A DNA stretch of 32,000 bases from Mycobacterium tuberculosis H37Rv. GTDB lineage: Bacteria > Actinomycetota > Actinomycetes > Mycobacteriales > Mycobacteriaceae. The stretch spans positions 1,110,001 to 1,142,000 of the forward strand of contig NC_000962.3 in assembly GCF_000195955.2 (NCBI RefSeq), in the 5' to 3' direction. The notes under the pieces were generated by a model that was not told the origin of the DNA, ran no database searches, and saw only the letters and a list, made by a program, of their open reading frames with translations. How positions within the stretch are numbered: the stretch's first letter is position 1; each line of letters starts with the position of its first letter. The translations under genes were made by a program, and so were the position numbers. This document shows positions 21,447 to 32,000 of this stretch, one piece after another.

Positions 21447-21475
21447 TTGGCAGCTACTTAAGAGTTGCTTAAGAT
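21447..21475 (+). promoter_or_regulatory. Candidate SigA-type promoter TTGGCA-(17 bp)-TAAGAT with two CTTAAG palindromes
   Basis: TTGGCA 21447-21452, TAAGAT 21470-21475; CTTAAG at 21457-21462 and 21468-21473, 11 bp apart; upstream of the ligase gene starting at 21625. Confidence 0.45.
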
Positions 21476-21624
21476 AATCCGCGGTGTTGGGTCGTGGGCT
21501 CATCACCGAACCGAGACCCAACCGCTCCCCAACTGTGTGCGCGCGCCTGTCGCGATGTGGCATCCGGTAGGCGGACCATGAAAACCCGGACCTTGGGGAC
21601 AGCACCGGAACCGAGGAGGTTGCC

Positions 21625-23259
21625 TTGAGCAGGTTCACCGAGAAGATGTTCCACAATGCCCGCACCGCGACGACGGGCATGGTCACAGGTGAACCGCACA
21701 TGCCCGTCCGCCACACCTGGGGCGAGGTCCATGAGCGTGCTCGTTGCATCGCGGGCGGCCTGGCCGCCGCGGGTGTCGGTCTTGGTGACGTTGTTGGGGT
21801 GCTGGCCGGCTTCCCGGTGGAGATCGCCCCCACGGCGCAGGCCCTGTGGATGCGCGGGGCCAGCCTGACCATGCTGCACCAGCCCACACCGCGCACCGAC
21901 TTGGCCGTGTGGGCCGAGGACACCATGACCGTCATCGGCATGATCGAGGCCAAGGCCGTGATCGTCTCCGAGCCCTTCCTCGTGGCCATTCCCATCCTTG
22001 AGCAGAAAGGCATGCAGGTCCTTACCGTCGCTGACCTTTTGGCGTCGGATCCGATCGGCCCCATCGAGGTCGGCGAGGACGACCTGGCGTTGATGCAGCT
22101 GACGTCCGGATCTACCGGCTCCCCTAAAGCCGTCCAGATCACCCACCGCAACATCTACTCCAACGCCGAGGCAATGTTCGTCGGCGCCCAGTATGACGTC
22201 GACAAGGACGTCATGGTCAGCTGGTTGCCCTGCTTCCATGACATGGGCATGGTGGGCTTCTTGACTATCCCGATGTTCTTCGGTGCGGAGCTGGTCAAGG
22301 TCACGCCAATGGACTTCCTGCGCGACACGCTGCTGTGGGCGAAGCTCATCGACAAGTACCAGGGCACCATGACCGCGGCGCCCAACTTCGCCTACGCGCT
22401 GCTCGCCAAGCGGTTGCGGCGCCAGGCCAAGCCCGGCGACTTCGATCTGTCGACCCTACGCTTCGCGCTGTCCGGCGCCGAGCCCGTCGAACCCGCCGAC
22501 GTCGAGGACCTGCTCGACGCGGGCAAGCCGTTCGGCCTGAGGCCCTCAGCGATCCTGCCGGCCTACGGCATGGCCGAGACCACGCTGGCGGTGTCCTTCT
22601 CGGAGTGCAACGCCGGCCTCGTCGTGGACGAGGTTGACGCCGACCTGCTGGCGGCTCTGCGCCGGGCCGTTCCCGCCACCAAAGGCAATACCCGCAGGCT
22701 GGCCACGCTAGGTCCGCTGCTGCAGGACCTAGAGGCCCGCATCATCGACGAACAGGGCGATGTCATGCCCGCCCGCGGCGTGGGTGTCATCGAGCTGCGC
22801 GGCGAGTCGCTAACTCCCGGCTACCTGACTATGGGTGGCTTCATCCCGGCCCAAGACGAGCATGGCTGGTACGACACGGGCGACCTCGGCTACCTCACCG
22901 AGGAGGGCCACGTGGTGGTATGTGGCCGCGTCAAGGATGTCATCATCATGGCCGGGCGCAATATTTACCCGACCGACATCGAGCGGGCGGCCGGCCGCGT
23001 CGACGGCGTTCGTCCGGGTTGCGCGGTGGCCGTGCGTCTCGATGCCGGACATTCGCGCGAATCCTTTGCCGTCGCGGTCGAGTCGAACGCCTTCGAGGAT
23101 CCCGCCGAGGTTCGTCGCATCGAGCATCAAGTGGCCCACGAGGTGGTTGCCGAGGTCGACGTGCGGCCTCGCAACGTCGTGGTTCTTGGACCCGGGACCA
23201 TTCCGAAGACGCCGTCGGGCAAGCTGCGTCGGGCCAACTCCGTCACCCTGGTCACCTAA
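21625..23259 (+). CDS. pks16: Long acyl-CoA/acyl-AMP ligase family protein (annotated pks16 in H37Rv, but not a polyketide synthase)
   Basis: TTG start preceded by GAGGAGG; [31 protein letters not shown] (AMP-binding), [69 protein letters not shown]. Confidence 0.93.
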   Translation: MSRFTEKMFHNARTATTGMVTGEPHMPVRHTWGEVHERARCIAGGLAAAGVGLGDVVGVLAGFPVEIAPTAQALWMRGASLTMLHQPTPRTDLAVWAEDTMTVIGMIEAKAVIVSEPFLVAIPILEQKGMQVLTVADLLASDPIGPIEVGEDDLALMQLTSGSTGSPKAVQITHRNIYSNAEAMFVGAQYDVDKDVMVSWLPCFHDMGMVGFLTIPMFFGAELVKVTPMDFLRDTLLWAKLIDKYQGTMTAAPNFAYALLAKRLRRQAKPGDFDLSTLRFALSGAEPVEPADVEDLLDAGKPFGLRPSAILPAYGMAETTLAVSFSECNAGLVVDEVDADLLAALRRAVPATKGNTRRLATLGPLLQDLEARIIDEQGDVMPARGVGVIELRGESLTPGYLTMGGFIPAQDEHGWYDTGDLGYLTEEGHVVVCGRVKDVIIMAGRNIYPTDIERAAGRVDGVRPGCAVAVRLDAGHSRESFAVAVESNAFEDPAEVRRIEHQVAHEVVAEVDVRPRNVVVLGPGTIPKTPSGKLRRANSVTLVT

Positions 23260-23266
23260 GGCCGCC

Positions 23267-23322
23267 GAGCAGACGCAAAATCCCCTCGACACGCCGGTTG
23301 CGAGGGGATTTTGCGTCTGCTC
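23267..23322. terminator. Bidirectional intrinsic-terminator-like hairpin between convergent genes
   Basis: Perfect 22-bp inverted repeat GAGCAGACGCAAAATCCCCTCG (23267-23288) / CGAGGGGATTTTGCGTCTGCTC (23301-23322) with a 12-nt loop, lying between the stops of the ligase and pth. Confidence 0.85.
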
Positions 23323-23332
23323 ACGCGGGTCG

Positions 23333-23908
23333 TTACCAGGCGTGGACGCGGTTTTGTGCGGGCTCCATGCCCTGTTCGATAAGCAGCTCGGTGGCATCGG
23401 CGGCCTGCTCGCAGATCGTGGGGACCTCGGCGCGCTCGGCCGGGGTAAAGTTCTCCAACACAAACGCCGCCGGGTCCTTGCGGCCGGGCGGGCGGCCGAT
23501 CCCGATACGCACCCGCTGAAAGTCTTTGGTACCCAGCGCGGCCACCACCGAGCGCAACCCGTTGTGGCCGCCTTCGCCGCCGCCGATCTTGAGCCGGATG
23601 CGGCCGAACTCGAGGTCAAGGTCGTCGTGGATGACGATGATGTTGGCCGGCGCCACCGAGTAGAACTTCGCCAGCGGCCCTATCTGGCGGCCGGACTCGT
23701 TCATGTAGCAGCGCGGCTTGGCCAAAACCAGGGAGCGCCCGGCTGATCTACCAGTGGCGACTTCGGCGCCGGAACGCTTGTGTGCCTTGAACTTCGCGCC
23801 TAGTCGCGCGGCGAGCAGATCGGCGACCACGAACCCGAGGTTGTGCCGGGTACGGGCGTAATTGGCTCCAGGGTTGCCGAGGCCGACCACGAGCAACGGC
23901 TCGGCCAT
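23333..23908 (-). CDS. pth: Peptidyl-tRNA hydrolase
   Basis: [83 protein letters not shown]. Confidence 0.97.
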   Translation of the reverse strand: MAEPLLVVGLGNPGANYARTRHNLGFVVADLLAARLGAKFKAHKRSGAEVATGRSAGRSLVLAKPRCYMNESGRQIGPLAKFYSVAPANIIVIHDDLDLEFGRIRLKIGGGEGGHNGLRSVVAALGTKDFQRVRIGIGRPPGRKDPAAFVLENFTPAERAEVPTICEQAADATELLIEQGMEPAQNRVHAW

Positions 23909-23920
23909 GTCGCAAGCCGT

Positions 23921-24568
23921 CTACTCGGACTCGCCAGCGGCCTCGGCTTCGCCGGCTTCTACCGCGGCTTCCTCGGCTTCCTCGGCTCCTGCGACTTCGC
24001 CCTCCAGCTCCTCGGCGGTTGGCGCCTTCACCACGTTGACCACCAACAGATCAGGGTCAGAAATCAGGCTGACACCGGCCGGCAGCGCGATCTGCCCGGC
24101 GGTGAGCTGGGTGCCTGGTTCGGCACCTTCGATGGACACGGTCAACTGCTCGGGAATCGACAGCGCCTCGGCCTCGATCTCGATGCTGTTGGTCTCTTGG
24201 GTGACCAGGGTGTCGGGTCCGGCCTGGCCCTCGACGACCACGCTGACTTCGACGACGACCTTCTCGCCACGGCGCACGACCAGTAGGTCGGCATGCTGGA
24301 TGGTGCGGCGGATCGGATGGATATGAAGTGCCTTGGTCAGTGCCAGCTGTTCCTTACCGGCGATGTCGAGGGTCAACACCGCGTTGGTGCCGGAATGCCG
24401 CAGTACGGCCGCATAGTCGTGTCCGGGCAGCTCCAGGTGCTGTGGCTCGGCGCCGTGGCCATACAGCACAGCGGGTATCTTGCCGGCGCGCCGGGCCCGC
24501 CGGGACGCGCCCTTGCCGGTCTCGGTACGCACCGTGACGCGCAGCTGGTTGCTTGCGGATTTGGCCAT
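23921..24568 (-). CDS. rplY: 50S ribosomal protein L25/general stress protein Ctc
   Basis: [48 protein letters not shown], followed by the TL5/CTC C-terminal domain and an Ala/Glu-rich tail. Confidence 0.95.
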
Positions 24569-24784
24569 ATGTCGCTCCTGGGTGGCTCGGTTACCTCGTT
24601 TGGGGGCACGGCCAGGGTCGCGACAGCTTGTCGGCCTCCGTCGATAACGGTGTTCTGCCGGCCTGCTGTAGACCGCCGACCACCCTCGCCGTGACGCCCG
24701 GCTAGGCTAACCCATGGCTACTGCATTGGGGAAATTCGATCCTTGTGAGCTGCTCGGATAGCTGTGCCCCAACCGTGCGGACAA

Positions 24785-25465
24785 TTACTTTGCCGCGACG
24801 ACGAATCCGGCGATGATCGCCTCGATGTCGGAAGCGTGCTTGACGGCCTCGTTGGCCAGACTCGTGATGGTGAGCTGCACCAGGTAGCGCTGCTTGGCCG
24901 GCGGTGCGCCGGTTGGGAAGACGATCCGGTTCCAGGTGTGCAGTCGCCTGCCGTGCAGGTCATAACTGCCCTGAATCATCGAGGACGGAAACCCGTTGAA
25001 GTCTGCCGTCGAGGAGTCCAATTCGGTGAAGTTCGTCGACAGCCGGGCATCGGCAGTGCCATGCTTGAGCGCTTCGGCGATATCGAAGTCCCGGTGCAGC
25101 TTGAACACCATGAGCATGGCCGTTGGATAGCTTTCGCCCTTGGCGATCATCTCCGTGTTCGGGGTGATGTTCGGATTTTTCATCGGTGCCCAGCCCGGTG
25201 GTGTCGGAATCGACACGGTCAGGTCGGTCAGGCTGCTCGGTGCCACCGGCTCTCCGGTGACGCCGACGCTTTCCAGATACTTCCACAGCGGGACCGGCAC
25301 TTCCGTCGTGGTCGAGACGGCGCTGGTGGTTGGGCTCGTGGACAAAATCGACTGGAAGTCAGGCGATTTCGGTCCGCAAGCGACCGCTGACATTGCCAGC
25401 GTGGCTACCGCGACCGCGACCGCCAAGGGTCTCACAGAATCTTGCGGACAGCGTCGACCGGCCAA
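24785..25465 (-). CDS. lpqT: Putative lipoprotein LpqT
   Basis: Signal peptide MAGRRCPQDSVRPLAVAVAVATLAMSAVACGPKSPDF with lipobox-like AVAC; LpqN/LpqT-type domain: VPLWKYLESVGVTGEPVAPSSLTDLTVSIPTPPGW... Confidence 0.88.
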   Translation of the reverse strand: MAGRRCPQDSVRPLAVAVAVATLAMSAVACGPKSPDFQSILSTSPTTSAVSTTTEVPVPLWKYLESVGVTGEPVAPSSLTDLTVSIPTPPGWAPMKNPNITPNTEMIAKGESYPTAMLMVFKLHRDFDIAEALKHGTADARLSTNFTELDSSTADFNGFPSSMIQGSYDLHGRRLHTWNRIVFPTGAPPAKQRYLVQLTITSLANEAVKHASDIEAIIAGFVVAAK

Positions 25466-25500
25466 GCCCGCCGGATGCCCTCAAGGATGACGGCTGCCAT

Positions 25501-26481
25501 CTATGCGTCCCCGTCGAAAAGTCCTGTTACTGAGCCGTTTTCGAAGACCGCCCGGATTGTGCTGGCCAGCAGCGGCGCGATGGACAAAACGGTGAGCTGG
25601 GGGAAGCGCTTGTCTTCGCCGATCGGGAGCGTGTTCGTGACGATCACTTCGCGGGCGCCGCAGGAGGCCAGCCGCTGCGCAGCGGGGTCGGAGAGCACGC
25701 CGTGGGTTGCCGCGATGATCACGTCACCGGCGCCGTCGTTGTGCAGCAATGCCACCGCGCCGGCGATGGTGCCGCCGGTGTCGATCATGTCGTCAATCAG
25801 GACACAGGTGCGCCCGGCCACGTCGCCGACGACGCGGTTGGACACCACTTGGTTGGGTACCCGCGGATCACGGGTCTTGTGGATGAAGGCGAGGGGAACA
25901 CCACCTAATGCGTCGGCCCACTTCTCGGCGATGCGTACCCGGCCGGAGTCAGGGGAGACGACCACCATGTTGCCGTCCGGGTAGTTGTCTCTGATGTAAC
26001 CGGTCAGCAGGTTCTGACCGCGCATATGATCGACCGGCCCGTCGAAGAAACCCTGGATCTGGTCGGTGTGCAGGTCGACCGTCACGATCCGGTCGGCGCC
26101 CGCGGTCTTGAGCAGGTCGGCGATCAGTCGCGCGGAGATCGGTTCGCGGCCACGGTGTTTCTTGTCTTGCCGGGCATACGGATAGAACGGCATGACGGCG
26201 GTGATCCGTTTGGCGCTGCCCCGTTTGAGCGCGTCGATCATGATCAGCTGTTCCATCAGCCACCTGTTCACCGGTGCCGGGCAGGATTGCAGGACGAAGG
26301 CGTCGCAACCGCGTACCGATTCGTGGAAGCGCACGAAGATCTCGCCGTTGGCGAACTCCCGCGCGTCCTGAGAGGTGACGTGGACGTCGAGCTCTTTGGC
26401 TACCTGCTCGGCCAGCTCCGGATGGGCGCGGCCGGCAAAGAGCATCAGGTTTTTGCGATTATCGGTCCAGTCGTGGCTCAA
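25501..26481 (-). CDS. prsA: Ribose-phosphate pyrophosphokinase
   Basis: NLMLFAGRAHPELAEQVAKEL, DAREFANGEIFVRFHESVRG, MPFYPYARQDKKHRGREPISARLIADLL, TVDLHTDQIQGFFDGPVDH, RTCVLIDDMIDTGGTI (PRPP loop). Confidence 0.97.
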   Translation of the reverse strand: MSHDWTDNRKNLMLFAGRAHPELAEQVAKELDVHVTSQDAREFANGEIFVRFHESVRGCDAFVLQSCPAPVNRWLMEQLIMIDALKRGSAKRITAVMPFYPYARQDKKHRGREPISARLIADLLKTAGADRIVTVDLHTDQIQGFFDGPVDHMRGQNLLTGYIRDNYPDGNMVVVSPDSGRVRIAEKWADALGGVPLAFIHKTRDPRVPNQVVSNRVVGDVAGRTCVLIDDMIDTGGTIAGAVALLHNDGAGDVIIAATHGVLSDPAAQRLASCGAREVIVTNTLPIGEDKRFPQLTVLSIAPLLASTIRAVFENGSVTGLFDGDA

Positions 26482-26572
26482 CGCGCTGCCCTCGCCGTTT
26501 GGGATCGAATTGGATTACCCATGGTACGTAGCGCACCGCCCGGATTTGTCGCCGGGTAGCCGGGATGCGACT

Positions 26573-28060
26573 TCACGGTGTCTGATCAGCGTCGGGTGGT
26601 TGTGTGGGCTGTTGGCAGGCCATTTCTGAGGCTCTTTTTGAGGCCTGAGCCGCTGGGCTGCCGGGGCGTTTGCGCTGCACCCAGTTCTCGATGTTGCGTT
26701 GCGGACCCGCCGACACTGCCAGCGCCCCCGGCGGGACATCCTCCCGCACCACTGTGCCGGCCCCGGTATACGCGCCGTCGCCGATGGTTACTGGGGCCAC
26801 GAACATGGTGTCGGACCCGGTCCGTACGTGCGAACCGACGGTGGTGCGCCGTTTGGACGTACCGTCGTAGTTGACGAACACGCTGGAGGCGCCGATGTTG
26901 CTGTACTCGCCGATGTCGGCGTCGCCGACGTAGGTCAGGTGCGGCACCTTGGTGCCGGTGCCGATGGTGGAGTTCTTGACCTCGACGAACGCGCCCAGCT
27001 TGCCGTCGGCGCCCAACGCGGTTCCGGGCCGCAGGTAGGTGAAGGGCCCGACCGCGGCGCCATCCCCAATCGACGACGACGAACCGTGGGTGCGCACCAC
27101 CGAGGCACCGTCGCCGACGGCGACGTCGGTCAGGGTGGTGTCGGGACCGACGACACAGCGACCGCCGATCTGGGTGCGGCCCAGCAACTGGGTACCCGGG
27201 TGAATGACGGTGTCGCGGCCGATGGTGACGTCGACGTCGATCCAGGTGGTAGCCGGGTCGACGACGGTGACGCCGGCCAGCTGGTGAGCGGCCACCACCC
27301 GCCGGTTGAGTTCGGAGGCCAGCTCGGCCAGCTGGACGCGATTGTTGACGCCGGCCACCAACGCGCTGTCGTCGACGTGGCTGGCATGTACGGTCTGGCC
27401 GTCGGAGCGCAAGATGGCGATGACGTCGGTGAGGTAGAGCTCCTGTTGGGCGTTGTTGGAGCTCAGCCGGCTCAGTGCGGACCGCAGCGCGGCGATGTCG
27501 AAGGCGTAGACGCCGGCGTTGACTTCGCGGATTTCCCGCTGCGATGGTGTCGCGTCGGTTTGCTCCACGATCGCCATGACTTCGTGATCCTGGGTGCGCA
27601 GGATGCGGCCGTAGCCGAAGGGATCATCCAGCGTCGTGGTCAGCACCGTCACCGCAGCCGACACCGCGCGGTGGGTGGCGATCAAGTCGGCCAGCGTGTC
27701 GGCGTCCAGCAGCGGGGTATCTCCCGAGGTGACCACGACGTTGCCGGCGTAGTCATCGGGCAGCGCGGACAGCCCGCAGAGTACCGCATGCCCGGTCCCT
27801 AGCGGTCGATCCTGCAGGGCGACGTCGATCGTTCGGCCTAGGGTGTCGGCGAGTTCACCGACTAGCGGCGCGATGCGCTGGTGATCGTGTCCCAGCACCA
27901 CGATTAGACGCTGCGGCGCCAGCTTGGCGATCGCATGCAGTACATGCGACAGCATGCTGCGACCGGCGAGTGTGTGCAGCACCTTGGGGGTGTCCGAACG
28001 CATCCGGGTCCCGGGCCCGGCCGCTAGGACCAGGACCGCGGTGTCACCAGGAAACGTCAT
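26573..28060 (-). CDS. glmU: Bifunctional N-acetylglucosamine-1-phosphate uridyltransferase / glucosamine-1-phosphate acetyltransferase
   Basis: [68 protein letters not shown], left-handed beta-helix C-term with [46 protein letters not shown]. Start at ATG 28060 preceded by AGGAGG. Confidence 0.97.
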
Positions 28061-28075
28061 CAACCCTCCTTGAAG

Positions 28076-28147
28076 CTCCGTCGCCAGGACTCGAACCTGA
28101 ACTATCTGAACCAAAATCAGAGGTGCTGCCGATTACACCACGACGGA
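28076..28147 (-). tRNA. glnU: tRNA-Gln, anticodon TTG, CCA not encoded
   Basis: Reverse complement TCCGTCG...TCTGA-TTTTGGT-TCAGA...GGTTCGAGTCCTGG-CGACGGA-G; the acceptor stem pairs fully and the discriminator G is followed by CTT rather than CCA. Confidence 0.93.
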
Positions 28148-28174
28148 TTGCACATCGATGTGACTTTAGACGGT

Positions 28175-28204
28175 GTCAACGCCGTCAGCACAGTCAACGC
28201 TGTC
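28175..28204. promoter_or_regulatory. Directly repeated operator-like motif GTCAACGCCGTC / GTCAACGCTGTC
   Basis: Copies at 28175-28186 and 28193-28204, 18 bp apart, 11/12 identical. Flanking inverted arms GACGG...CCGTC (28169-28186) and ACAG-TCAACG-CTGT (28190-28203). Confidence 0.4.
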
Positions 28205-28314
28205 GCCGTCTACCCACCGGCCCCACGCAAACCGATACCCTTGTTGATGTGGCCGGACCGGATAAAGGGCCGGATAAGGCGCCGGAAAACCCGACGCGGG
28301 TGACGCGCGCCAGG

Positions 28315-28908
28315 ATGACGGGGACCGAGCGCCGTCACCAGCTCATCGGCATCGCGCGATCGCTGTTTGCCGAACGCGGTTACGACGGGACGTCGATCGA
28401 AGAGATCGCGCAGCGCGCCAACGTATCCAAGCCGGTCGTCTACGAACATTTCGGTGGCAAGGAGGGCCTGTACGCGGTGGTGGTCGATCGGGAGATGTCG
28501 GCGCTGCTGGACGGAATCACCTCGTCGCTGACCAACAACCGATCCCGGGTGCGGGTGGAGCGGGTCGCGCTGGCGTTGCTGACCTACGTCGAGGAACGCA
28601 CCGACGGCTTCCGCATCATGATTCGCGACTCGCCGGCCTCGATCAGCTCGGGCACCTATTCCAGCCTGCTCAACGACGCCGTCAGCCAGGTCAGCTCGAT
28701 TCTGGCTGGAGACTTCGCCCGGCGCGGCCTGGACCCGGACCTGGCACCGCTGTATGCGCAAGCATTGGTGGGTTCGGTGTCGATGACGGCGCAATGGTGG
28801 CTCGATGCGCGCGAACCGAAGAAGGAAGTGGTGGCCGCGCACCTGGTCAACCTGGTCTGGAATGGCCTGACCCACCTGGAGGCCGATCCGCGGCTACAGG
28901 ACGAGTAG
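28315..28908 (+). CDS. TetR-family transcriptional regulator (Rv1019-like)
   Basis: MTGTERRHQLIGIARSLFAERGYDGTSIEEIAQRANVSKPVVYEHFGGKEGLYAVVVDREM, a canonical TetR HTH. An upstream in-frame GTG at 28249 is possible. Confidence 0.93.
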   Translation: MTGTERRHQLIGIARSLFAERGYDGTSIEEIAQRANVSKPVVYEHFGGKEGLYAVVVDREMSALLDGITSSLTNNRSRVRVERVALALLTYVEERTDGFRIMIRDSPASISSGTYSSLLNDAVSQVSSILAGDFARRGLDPDLAPLYAQALVGSVSMTAQWWLDAREPKKEVVAAHLVNLVWNGLTHLEADPRLQDE

Positions 28909-28966
28909 CGGGCGGGGAAGCCGGGCCCAATGTTGACTAACCTCGGCGCCCTAGAATGGCCGCATC

Positions 28967-32000
<3,034 letters not shown>

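Noticed and set aside
21625-23259. Polyketide synthase, as the commonly used gene name implies
   Set aside because: The sequence has only adenylate-forming (AMP-binding) motifs and no ketosynthase, acyltransferase or ACP domains.
26699-27802. 367-aa plus-strand ORF antisense to glmU
   Set aside because: The opposite strand encodes unmistakable GlmU motifs; this ORF has low-complexity shadow composition.

Overview
This window is an ordinary, gene-dense, high-GC actinobacterial segment. From protein content and gene order it matches the Mycobacterium tuberculosis complex, roughly galU (Rv0993) to mfd (Rv1020). That assignment comes from recognising the sequences, not from a database search. 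Readable content: the 3' end of galU, moeA1, a rimJ-like acetyltransferase, an acidic-linker membrane protein, tRNA-Ala(CGC), a cyclic-nucleotide-binding GNAT protein acetyltransferase, a probable lipoprotein, an AlkB-like dioxygenase, arcA, a protein O-mannosyltransferase, rsmI, a repetitive secreted protein, pabB, a secreted glycosidase-like protein, metG, a tatD-family nuclease, rpfB-rsmA(ksgA)-ispE, a long acyl-adenylate ligase (pks16/FadD-like), pth, rplY, lpqT, prsA, glmU, tRNA-Gln(TTG), a TetR regulator and mfd (5' part). I found no CRISPR array, transposase, phage module or defence system. The observations most worth a second look are: (1) an antisense methyltransferase reading frame at about 4128-4841 interrupted by two in-frame TAG codons, with an annotatable ORF (Rv0997-like) lying antisense to it; (2) a probably overlooked 82-aa ORF at 3861-4112, preceded by a perfect AT-rich inverted repeat made of two GAATATTC palindromes; (3) a perfect 22-bp inverted repeat between convergent pks16 and pth; (4) a terminator-like hairpin plus U-tract in the rpfB leader; (5) repeated operator-like motifs upstream of the TetR gene; (6) short tandem repeats inside two coding genes; and (7) several start-codon reinterpretations, including a hidden lipobox.
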